From: Anaeramoeba ignava BMAN
Taxonomy: Eukaryota > Protista > Anaeramoebae
Reading direction: 5' to 3'
DNA length: 64,000 bases
Assembly (NCBI GenBank): GCA_028826165.1
Contig: JAPDFW010000033.1
Coordinates: 682,001-746,000, forward strand
This document shows, piece after piece, positions 52,325 through 63,555 of the stretch (the stretch's first letter is position 1; every line of letters begins with the position of its first letter). Position numbers and translations under genes: made by a program. The notes under the pieces were generated by a model that worked only from the letters and a program-made list of their open reading frames with translations, did not search any database and was not told the origin of the DNA.

Positions 52325-55300
52325 ATGGTTGATTCAATTGGACCATATTTTCTTGGCGAAAGTTTAGGAGAAGGAAATTTTAGCAAAGTTAGACTTGGAA
52401 TCCACAAATCAACAAAAGAAAAAGTAGCGATCAAAATCATATCAAAACAATTATGTTTATTAGAAGAAACAACAAGAGAGCAAATACAAAAAGAAATATT
52501 CATTTTATGTTTATTGAAGAATCCAAATGTGTTGAGACTTTATGATGTTTATGAAACCGAAAAGGAATTGTTTCTTGTTATGGAATATGCTGATAAATCT
52601 GATCTATTTGTTCGTTTATCAGAAAAAAAAATGTTTACTCCAAATGAAGCTTTAAGATATTTTCAACAATTGATTTTCGGTTTGGAATACTGTCATGCTC
52701 ATCTTGTTGTTCATCGTGATTTGAAACTTGAAAATCTTCTTTTGAATCAAAAAGGTCAATTAAAAATTGGTGATTTTGGTATGGCTAGGCTTATGAAATC
52801 TAATTCTTTATTGGAGACTTCTTGTGGTTCTCCTCATTATGCTTCTCCTGAAGTTATTGAGGTATATCCCCCTTTTTTTATTGATTTTTTTTTTTTTGAT
52901 CTTTTTCTTAATTTTCCCATTTTCATTCACAGATCCAACTTAAAATCAATTAACTTTATAAATTAATTATAATTTTAAATATAATTCTAATTCTAATTCT
53001 AATTCTAATTCTAATTCTAATTTTAATTCTAATTCTAATTTTAATTCTAATTCTAATTCTAATTCTAATTCTAATTCTAATTTTAATTTTAATTTAATTC
53101 TAATTTTAATTCTAATTCTAATTCTAATTCTAATTCTAATTCTAATTCTAATTCTAATTTTAATTCTAATTCTAATTTTAATTTTAATTCTATTTTAATT
53201 TTAATTTTAATTTTAATTCTATTTTTAATTCTAATTATAATTTTAATTTTAATTCTAATTTTAATTTTAATTCTAATTTTAATTCTAATTTTAATTCTAA
53301 TTCTAATTTTAATTTTAATTAATTATTTAAAAAAAAGGGAAAAAGATATGATGGAACTAAATCAGATGTTTGGAGTTGTGGAGTAATTTTATTTACATTA
53401 TTAACAGGAAGACTACCATTTCATGATAACAATGTTGTACAACTTTTCAAAAAGGTTCGAACACGACAATTCATGCTTCCAAAAAATTTATCAAAAGATC
53501 AAGTTGATTTAATTTGTCGAATGTTGACAATAGATCCAGATCGAAGAATATCAATTCCAGAAATTAAACAGCATAAATGGTTCCGTTCTAATTTTCCAGA
53601 CAATTATGAACCACCTAATGTTATTATTAGAAAATCAATTGCAAATTATTATAGTTTATCAACTTCCAATATGGATCTTATTTCTAGTTTTAAAACACTT
53701 AATATTTCTCAAGCTAAAAATCTCCGAAAAATTCTTACTAATCCACAAATTACTCCAGATCATTCTTTGTTTCAAGAATTTCAAGAATTTCCAGAATTAC
53801 AAAATAGCAATTTATTTAGTAAAAATTTAGTGTCCAATTCTTTTATTTAATTTTAATTTTAATTTTATTTTTATTTTTATTAGTCGATGATTCAAGAAAT
53901 CAAGAATCTGTTGAACCACAAAAAAATGGTATTGAATTAGATGTAGATCAAGATAATGTTGCAAAAAAAGAAAATTCAAATGAAATCAAGCACGATGAAT
54001 GGGTTGAAATTGATTTTAATGAATTTCCAAGTAAATAACATTAATAAATATTTAAATATAAAATAAATATTAAATTCAAAATAATTAATCCAAAATAAAC
54101 ATCAAAATAAATATTTAATTCAAAATATATATTCAATTCAAAATAAATATTCAATTCAAAATAAATATTTAATTCAAAATAAATATTTAAATTTAAAATA
54201 AATATTTAATTCAAAAATAAATATTTAATCCAAAATTAATATTAAATTCAAAATAAATATTTAATTCAAAATAAATATTTAATCCAAAATAAATATTTAA
54301 TTCAAAATAAATATAAAAATAAATATTTAATCCAAAATAAATATTTAATTCAAAATAAATATTCAATTCAAAATAAATATAAAATAAATATTTAATTCAA
54401 AATAAATATAAAATAAATATTTAAACCAAAATAAATATTTAAATATAAAATAAATATTTAATTCAAAATAAATATTTAATTCAAAATAAATATTTAATCC
54501 AAAATAAATATTTAATCCAAAATAAATATTTAATACAAAATAAATATTTAATTCAAAATAAATATTCAATTCAAAATAAATATGAGTGATTTGAGGCTGA
54601 TGTGAAAAATTTTTTTTTGTTTATTTTTTTTCCCTTTTTTAATTAAAATTGAACAAGAAATCTCGATAAAAGCCTCAAATTTTGGTGCTTCCTGAGGCAC
54701 GATAAAGGTTTATTTCTTTGAGAATTAGAAAAATTGAATCAAAAAAAATCAATCAAAAATCAATCAAAAATCAATCAAAAAAAAAGAAAAATGAATTAGA
54801 TTCTTGTCAAAGAAAAAAGGAATAGAAAGAGTGATTATTTTTTCTTAATCTTCTCTTGTAAAAATCATCATTGTAAAAGTATCTTCTGTTCTAAAAGGAT
54901 TCACGGGAAATATATGAGCATCACTTATTCCAAAAAAATTTGAACTAGTTTCGGTTTCTAAGATTTCAGTCCAATAATGACCTTCATTGGCATTTCCAAT
55001 ATGGTGTATTGATCCAAGCAATTTCATTTCAGTTTCTTGATTAGGACAACTCTGAAACATGAAAGATTTGACATTGATCTTTTCTTCACATTGAATTTTG
55101 GTTCCAATTCTTGTTGTAGATTGAGTCAAGGAATCATAATAAGTTCTCTTGAAAAAAATAACCAAATATTTAGGAATAGTCAAAAGAGACAATTTAATGG
55201 ATCTTTCTACTTTTTGGTCACAATTTTCACAGTGATAATGTTGAGAGAAATCTAAATCCTTTTCAGCGAAATAATTATCGAGCATTGAAGAAATGCTAAT

Positions 55301-58300
55301 TTCTCCGTTCAAAATTGGAAAGCTAATCACAAGACTTGTTTCTTGAGGAAAGGAGTAAGTAAATCTTTTACATTTCTTACATGTCACTTTTTGCACAATA
55401 CGAATGCGGAAATCATTTATTATAGCTCGATTGTGAATATCAAATTCTTGATAAAGAAGATCATATGGAACATTGAAATCTGAAATATTCTCATTTGATA
55501 TTAAATCCATCAAGGAAACAAAAAATTCATGTATATCTTGTTCATTAGTGTTGGAAAATTGAGTCACATGCTCTCTTATTACCTTTCTTAGTGGAGTTAT
55601 ATTAATCGATTCTTCTGAAGATTGTAAAATATCGCTCAAAGTTTCAGAAATATCACCTAAACCTAATAGTTCAATTACAGAAGTTCTTAAAAGCACTTGA
55701 ATGATGGAAGCTATATAGCATGAATTGTGTGAATTTGGAATCTTTCTTAAATTCTAATCAAAAATTAAAATGAGAAAATCAAAAAGAAAAAAATAATAAA
55801 AGAAGAATTTTCTTACTCCTGTTTTGCAAATGGATATTGATGATGTAAAATTCTTTTGTTTTGGGAGATTATCTTGAAATTTTGAAATGCGCAAATTTTT
55901 GATTTCTTCTTTTTCTTCAAATTCAATTTTTCTCTTGATTTGTTGATGTTTTCTGGAAGAACTTCGTAGATTTCCATTCATATGATTCATTTCTTTCATC
56001 TTCTTTTCTCTTTGTGAATGAAATTTTTGTGTTTCATTTGGAATCACCTTTTCATTTTTGGAATTTGTCATTTGAGTATTAAAGAAAGGAATAGAATAAT
56101 TCTCCTGAATTAATGCTGAATTTTGTTTAATTCCAAATTCTTTCTCTTGAAAAATTTGTTCAATTATAGGTATTCTTCTTTTTCGAAAATTGGTGTTTGG
56201 CATTCTTGCAGTTTTCAAGTTTCCTTTTAAGAAAATAAAAATGTGTGATTTTTTAATTTTTGCAATTGGATTCTTGTAAAGAAATTTGAGTGCTCTATTC
56301 ACATTTAAAATAATTGGTGTTGTGTTACTAAGTTGAGATAAATAATCAAAAAGTGAATTAATAGTTGTAATATCCCCAAAATTTGCCTTATTCCTTGATA
56401 TGTTACCAAAATGACGATCAGACATATGTTTAGCATGATTTTTAAGAAAGAAAATTACCTTAATATCTAAAAATTGCGAACTAAAAGCATCAAAAATCAT
56501 CCCCAGAACAAAGTTATTTTTAATGTGTCCTCCATTATCAGAAAAAATCCTTAGTTTTGATATGTTTAATAGATTTCTTTTATGTTGCCATTCATGGAAT
56601 TTATATCGAAAATCTTGAAAACTTTGAAGAACAAATTGGGAATCCTATAAGAGAAATAGAAAATTAATAGAATCAAAAAGGAATTCAATTTTTAAACTTA
56701 CTTTAGTTTGATCCTCTGAAATATAATCGAAATAGAACAACTGTTTTTCAAACTGAATAGTAATATTGAAGATCACCCATGATTTTTTATGATAGAATTC
56801 TTGTGTTTCCCAATTATCTCGATACTCTTGAAAATTGACTGCAAAGTCCAAGAATAAAATAATTTGATCAAGAAGTTGAATTTCCGATTTGTATAAATTT
56901 CTCATTTCAAGAACTTTTCTTTGGTGATTCTGCCTTTTTTTCATGATTGGATTAGAACATTTTGGACACTGGAAAAAAAAAGCTGTTGCAGAATGAATTG
57001 AAAAATACTTTTGAAGAAGTGAGCAGAAAGTCCCATATTTAAGATCATTTCCTTTATCCTGTATTTGATTAAAAAGTCTTTTCTTTGTCAAACTTGTGCG
57101 GAAAACAGGTATATCTTTTCTGCTGTAAAAATCAATCGTTGTAAATGTTTCTAAATGATCTAAAATTCGAAGGATATTTTTTTCATGATTTGTGAAAACC
57201 CATTCTTTTGATTTTGTTTGAGATTTTAGGTAAAATGGAATCTTAAAACGATGATGTTCACAATTTAAATGTCTCTTTAGCTTCCATGAATTTAAATTTT
57301 TCAATTCCTTATCACAAGAAGAACAAAAAACTTTTTGTGTATCTAAATCATATGAAAGAAATGGATCCTGATCGATCATTTTTTGAGTATTCATTGGCAC
57401 TTTCTTTCCACTTTTTGAAATAGAGATTTGAACATTCAAAATAGGAATTTCCTCTGAAGTTATTAGAAGAACTTGTTCTTTAACACAATTTAGGAAGATT
57501 ACAAGTTGTGAATTGTTTGAAATACGAACAGTTTTATCTTGAAAGAGATAGGTGAATGCTTGAATCTTTTGTCGAATGTTGAAGTTATCTTTCACATCTT
57601 TAATTAAGGTTTTAAAGTTTAGGATCTTTTCAGCATCAAACACACAAAAATTTCCTTGAAAACGAATAAAAAAAAGCTTCATTTAAAAGAAAAAATGAAT
57701 TGAGATTTTATCAAAAAATTCCTTTTGAAATCCTCAAAAAAGTGGACATTGATTTAATTAAAAAAAAGAAAGAAAAGGAAAAAAATCTTCTTGATCTTAT
57801 TTCAAAAAAAAAAGAAAAAAACTAAAGAAAAAATTGATTCTTTAAACTATTTGAAGAAAAAAAGAAATTGAAAGGAAAAAGTGGACATTGATTTAATTAA
57901 AAAAAAGAAAGAAAAGGAAAAAAATCTTCTTGATCTTATTTCAAAAAAAAAGAAAAAAACTAAAGAAAAAATTGATTCTTCAATCAAAATACAAATGTCT
58001 AATATGTAAAGATATTTTGTAATTAAATTATCGATAAAAACAAATTGAAAGGGAGAAGAAAAGCAAAATGAAAAATCTGATCTTTTTGATTTTGATTGAT
58101 TAAAATATGATTCAAAAAAAGTTATTTTAAAAAAGAAGTCTAAAATTTCTCTTTTATTTTTTTAAGAGATTTAAAAAAGAAGACATATATGAAATTTAAA
58201 TTCCTTTTTTAAAAAAATTCCTTTATTAATAAAATCAAAAGTAAATAAATTTGATGAGAATTTTTTGGAACAATATAAAAAAAATCACTCAATAAATTGA

Positions 58301-59047
58301 TTATTTGATATTTTAATTTTGAGGCTCAAGAGGCTTTTTTTTTTATTGATTTTTTTTGCAACAGAATCACTCATATTTAATTCAAAATAAATATTTAAAT
58401 TTAAATTAAAATTCAAAATAAATATTTAATCCAAAATTAATATTTAATTCAAAATAAATATAAAAATAAATATTTAATCCAAAATTAATATTTAATTCAA
58501 ATTAAATATTTAAATTCAAAATAAATATTAAATTCAAAATAAATATTTAATTCAAAATAAATATTTAAATTTAAATTCAATTTAAAATTCAATTTAAATT
58601 TAATAAAAAATAGTCCAAGAAAATCATAAATCAAAACCAATCGAAATTATACAGAAAGTAAAAAAACAACCCAAAAAAATCAAACCAGAAAGAGAAAAGA
58701 AAAAAAGATTAGTAGATTGGTTCGGAAAAACAATAGAAGAAAAAAATGAAAGGAAAAAAAGAAAAAAACCAACTATTATTCCACTTATTGTTTTTCAATC
58801 ACAAAAAAATTTACTTCTTTTTACAAAAGATTTACAATCTTTTTTTAAAAAAAAGAAAATTAGTTGGAAATATCCAAATCTTTATAACTTACAAGTTGCA
58901 AAAAAAGGTTTAGAATTCAAAATTTTATTAACTGAATTATTTAATGATCCAAATTCAAATCGAATTAAAATTAAAATTATTTATAAAAAAGGTTCAGAAA
59001 AATATTTTAAAAACATTGGAAATCAAATTTTAAAAAAAATTAAATGA
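52325..59047 (+). CDS. AMPK-related (BRSK/SNF1-like) Ser/Thr kinase with a probable KA1-type C-terminus. Exons 52325-52861, 53338-53818, 53884-54030, 58614-59047
   Basis: LGEGNFSKV, VAIK, HRDLKLENLL, IGDFGMA, LETSCGSPHYASPEV^GKRYDG.KSDVWSCG. The spliced frame stays open across intron 54031-58613 to TGA at 59045-59047. Confidence 0.88.
54845..57682 (-). CDS. Sola-like transposase fused to a ubiquitin-specific protease (USP/C19), ~905 aa. Exons 57682-56702, 56644-55817, 55753-54845
   Basis: Introns GTAAGT..TAG (56701-56645) and GTAAGA..TAG (55816-55754), both phase 0. Transposase motifs FLDFAVNF, IFSDNGGHIKN, HAKHMSDRHFG. USP motifs PNSHNSCYIASIIQVL, EQDIHEF, PKYLVIFFKR, HHIG...GHYW, ISD. Confidence 0.82.
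57736..57981. repeat. ~105-bp direct repeat (period ~139 bp) upstream of the transposase ATG
   Basis: AGTGGACATTGATTTAATT...AAATTGATTCTT begins at 57741 and at 57880. Confidence 0.9.
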
Positions 59048-59250
59048 AATTGAAATTGAAATTGAAATTGAAAAATAAGGAAAAGAAAAAGAAAAGAAAA
59101 AAAATCCATTTTGTTTTAGTTATTTTTTTTTCTTTTTATTTTTTTTCTTTTTATTTTTTTTGTTTTGATAAAAAAAATTTTTTTTCGTTTTTTTTTTTCA
59201 TTTTTTTTCTTGTTTGGTTTTTTTTTTTTTTTAATTAAATAAAAAAATAA

Positions 59251-61328
59251 ATGAAAAAAATAGCAAAATTTTTTAAAGATCAAGGAAATCTTGCATTTGC
59301 AACAAAAGATGTAGAAAGAAGTATTATAAAAGGAACCAATAGAGATAAAGTAGCGCCAAAAGAAAAGCATGTATTATTAATACTTCGCGAAGTGAAAAAA
59401 ATGGATGCAGAATATGATTTTATGCTTAAAATTTTAACTGGAAGATTAACAAAGAAAAATTATATAATTGTTTTTAAATCACTTATTTTTCTTCATCGAC
59501 TCATGATTGAAGGAGATCGAAGATTTATGAGAGAATTCTCCCTAAAACAACAAAATGCGGGCTTTTTTGGTCTTTCGAGATTCAAGGATCTTTCTTCTCC
59601 TGATTCTTTTGACTATTGTGAATTTATTCGAAATTATTCTTCTTATCTTGAGGAAAAACAAATCAATTTCAGAGAAATTTCCTTCAGTTTGGATTATGAT
59701 TTGGAAACTATTTCTGCTAAATCTCCTTATCGCAAATGTGAAATTGCTAGAGTTTTAAAAGAAATTCCAAGTTTTCAGAGCCAACTTGATTTAGTTTTTC
59801 TTTGTGATGTAAAAAAAATTATTTTTAATTTAAATTAAAAAATTTTTATTTTTAATTTTTAATTTTTAAATTTAAATAGCCAAGTACTAAGAATACAAGT
59901 CCCATTTTTGCTGCTGCTTTAGCTTTATTAATTCGTGATTCGACAAGATTATTTAAAACTATTTATGAAGGAATTTCAAATATTCTTGGTATTTTTAATT
60001 TTATAAATTATTTTTAATTTTATAAATGAATTTTTAATTTTTAAATTTTATTTAATAAAATAAAATAAAAGATGTTTATTTCAAATTAAATGAAAATAAA
60101 GCAAAAAAAGCACTAGAAATGACTAAAAAATTTAAAGAACAAGTTGAAAAATTATCAGATTTCTCAAATAAATGTGGATCACCAATTATTGAAGGAGAAG
60201 ATGATTTAAAATCAATTACAAACTCACTAAAAAGATTAATTAAATCATTAAGCGCTCAAATCAATAATGGAGAATTTATTGAAGAAGATATTCCCATTCA
60301 AACTTTAAATTTATCAGATAAAGATGATGATGAAGATGAAAAAGAAAGTGATGATGATGATGATGAAAGTAAAAGTAAAGAAAGTGATGATGGTGAAAGT
60401 GATAGTGGTGAAAGTGATAGTGATGAAAGTGATAGTGATGAACCAAAAAAATCGAAAAAACCAACAAAAAAAAACATAATTGAATTTAGTCCAAGATGTA
60501 AAAATTTTCAAAAACAAGAAAATTAAAAAAAAAATAAAAAAAATTTCCCAAAACATGAAAAGTTGAAAAATTAACATAAATTTTTAATTTCATGTTTTAT
60601 AAAATTTTCAAAATAGCCAAAAACAAAAAGGTTTCTTTAACTGTAACTCCAAAAAAACAACAACAACAACAAGCACAAAAAATAGAAGAATCCATTATTG
60701 ATATTCAACCTCAAAGAAAAAATATTCAAAAATCAAACGATGAATTTGACTTCCTCAAAGAGATTGACCAAAAACAACCACCAACAACAACAAAATCAAA
60801 TAATTTTGGAATTGATTCATTTTTTGATTCATTACCAAATTCAAATATGAACACACCTCCCAAAACAAATCAAAGAATTTTTGATAATGGATTTGGACAA
60901 ACACAAAATGATCCATTTTCTACAAATGGATTTGATAATTTCAATTCATTTTCAACACAACAAAATCAGTTTTCGAATTTTAACACAACATTTTCATGGG
61001 ATAATACATCATTCAATTCAAATCAAAATCAAAATCAAAATCAAAATCAAAATCAAAATCAAAATCAAATTCAAAATCAAAATCAAAATTGGAATTGGAA
61101 TAATTCAATTCAAAATCAAAATCAAAATCAAAATCAAATTCAAAATTCAAAATTCAAAATCAAAATCAAATTCAATTCAATCAATCAGCAAAAAATATTG
61201 GAAATAAAATTTTCCAAAATTCACATTTATCTCCAAAAAATTGGCAAAATCAACAAAGAACTATTCAAAACAGACAAGAAAAGAAAAAAGATGATTTTAG
61301 TGATTTAATTGATTTTTCTTTAATTTAA
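59251..61328 (+). CDS. ANTH-domain clathrin adaptor (AP180/PICALM-like), ~4 exons, probable frameshifts near the 3' end
   Basis: IIKGT..D..APKEKHV, IVFKSLI.LHRLM.EG, FIRNYS.YLEEK. The disordered tail has DPF and DLIDF motifs. Confidence 0.85.
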
Positions 61329-61492
61329 AAACCAAAAAACCAAAAAACCAAAAAACCAAAAAAACAAACCTTTATTTTAAAAATTACAAACAGAACAAAT
61401 TTTTTAATTCCATTTATTTTTTTTTCATTTTTTCATTTTTTCATTTTTTCATTTTTTCATTTCAAAAAAAATTAAAAAAGAAAAAAAAGAAA

Positions 61493-63250
61493 ATGAATGA
61501 AATTTTATTTTTTGGTTTCAATAATAACCCAATTCTTATTAAAAATAAACCAAATAAAATAACAAAACCAATTCAATTTAAATTTAAATTTGAAAATGAA
61601 AATGAAAATGAAAATGAAAAACAAATTAAACAAATTTCATCAGATTATTTTGGAATAATTTTCCTTTTTAAAAATGGAAAAGCAATAAAATATCCAAATA
61701 ATTCAAAACAAAAACCTCAAAAAATCCAAATTGAAAATATTCAAAAAGTAACTGTTAGATCGGGAAATGAAACTATTTTAACAATAGAAGGAAATGTATT
61801 TAGAAAAGATTATTCAAATCCAAAAAATCCAAATGAATTTATCAATATTTCATCATTAATTGAAGATACAAATGATAGAATAATTCAAGATGTTGTTTCT
61901 GGAGATAGTACAGTTTACTTATTAACTTCAAATCAAAATGTTTATGGAATTGGTTCAAATTATTATGGTCAACTTGGTTTAAAAAAACCTAAAAACATAA
62001 AAAAACCAATTTTAATGATGAAAAATATTTCTAAAATATTTACAGGAAATTCTACTTATCATGTTTTTCTTTTAAATTCAAATCAAGAATTATTTTGTTG
62101 CGGTAAAAATAATCATGGACAACTTGGATTAGGTCATCACAAAAAAAAAATAATTTCATTAACCAAAATTCAAAATATTCCAAAAGGCAAAATAATTGAT
62201 ATTCAAACAGAAGATGATTATTCAATAATGTTGATTGAAGAAGAAGATGAAAATCCAAAAAGAAAACTTTATTCATGTGGAAATTATCGATATAATGGAC
62301 TTGGCAAAGATGAAAATACTTATGAATTTACTGAAATTAAATCATCTTTATTTGAAAATGATGATAATATTCTTGAAATTTCTTGTGCATATCATCATAC
62401 TTTGATTTTAACATCCAAAGGAAAACTGATTTCATTTGGAAGAAACGATTATGGTGAATTAGGAACTGGAGATACAATAAATCAATATATTCCAATTCAA
62501 ATTGAACTTCCTAAATTAAGATTTAATGAAGATATTTTCAATTATCATGTTCATTGTGGATATAACAAATCATTTCTTTATTATTCTCCTTCTCTTTCTT
62601 CTTTTTCCAATCTTGAAGAAGATTTGATAAAACTATTTGAAAGAAAAGAATTTTGTAATATTTCATTTAAAACAGAAAATGGAGAAATAATTGAAGCTCA
62701 TAAATTAATATTGAAATATAGATTAAATCAAAATCAAAATCAAATTGAAAAACTTCAAGAAATTATTTCAAATAAATCAATTAAAGAATCAAATCAAATA
62801 TTTGAAATGATTTATTCAAACAGAATAATAAATCCAAAATTATATTCTGAAATTAAAGAAATTATAAATTCAAATGAAAAAATAGAAGAAACAATGAAAA
62901 GAATTTATTTAAATGAAAATGAAAATGAAAATGATTTTATAATTGAAAGAAAAGAAAAACAATATAAATTTCCAAAATTAATATTAATAATGAGAAGTGA
63001 ATTATATCGAGGAATGTTTTTATCTGTAACTGAAGATAAATCAAATAAAGTTACAGATTATAGTGAATTAAGTAATAAATCATTTCAAATATTTGAATAT
63101 TGGATTTATTCAAATCAAATTAAAGAAGGAATTCAAATTACACAAGAAATGATTGATGAAATTAAAATTGGAATTGATTATTTTCAATTAAATCAAACAA
63201 ATCCAAATTTATTTGATTTATTAATTAACAAATTTAATAATCAAAATTAA
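61493..63250 (+). CDS. RCC1-repeat + BTB protein, copy 4
   Basis: Close paralog of the 36540-42207 cluster. Confidence 0.9.
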   Translation: MNEILFFGFNNNPILIKNKPNKITKPIQFKFKFENENENENEKQIKQISSDYFGIIFLFKNGKAIKYPNNSKQKPQKIQIENIQKVTVRSGNETILTIEGNVFRKDYSNPKNPNEFINISSLIEDTNDRIIQDVVSGDSTVYLLTSNQNVYGIGSNYYGQLGLKKPKNIKKPILMMKNISKIFTGNSTYHVFLLNSNQELFCCGKNNHGQLGLGHHKKKIISLTKIQNIPKGKIIDIQTEDDYSIMLIEEEDENPKRKLYSCGNYRYNGLGKDENTYEFTEIKSSLFENDDNILEISCAYHHTLILTSKGKLISFGRNDYGELGTGDTINQYIPIQIELPKLRFNEDIFNYHVHCGYNKSFLYYSPSLSSFSNLEEDLIKLFERKEFCNISFKTENGEIIEAHKLILKYRLNQNQNQIEKLQEIISNKSIKESNQIFEMIYSNRIINPKLYSEIKEIINSNEKIEETMKRIYLNENENENDFIIERKEKQYKFPKLILIMRSELYRGMFLSVTEDKSNKVTDYSELSNKSFQIFEYWIYSNQIKEGIQITQEMIDEIKIGIDYFQLNQTNPNLFDLLINKFNNQN

Positions 63251-63555
63251 AATCAAAATTAAAATTAAAATTAAAATTAAAATAAAATCAAAATTAAAAT
63301 TAAAATTAAAATTAAAATTAAAATTAAAATTAAAATTAAAATTAAAATTAAATTTCAAAATCAAAATTAAAATTAAAATTAAAATTAAAATTAAAATTAA
63401 AATTAAATTTCAAATTAAAATTAAAATTAAAAATCAAAATTAAAATTAAAATCAAAATTAAAATTAAAATTAAAATTAAAATTAAAATTAAAATTAAAAT
63501 TAAAAATCAAAATTAAAATTATTTTTTCATTTTTTCATTTTTTTCTTTTTCAAAA

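Larger units (their letters stand above)
54584..58372 (-). mobile_element. 3789-bp cut-and-paste DNA transposon, Sola-like
   Basis: Inverted termini GAGTGATT (54584-54591) and AATCACTC (58365-58372), flanked by ATAT at 54580-54583 and 58373-58376. It interrupts an 18-mer minisatellite that resumes on both sides and it encodes a DDD transposase. Confidence 0.9.
54040..58600. repeat. Intronic 18-mer minisatellite (AAAATAAATATTTAATTC)n, split by the transposon into ~54040-54583 and 58373-~58600
   Basis: The same unit lies on both sides of the element. Confidence 0.9.

Noticed and set aside
54845-55696. The USP ORF as an independent host gene starting at GTG 55696
   Set aside because: That start omits the catalytic Cys box, there is no ATG between the upstream stop/acceptor and the Cys, and the ORF lies inside the TIRs.
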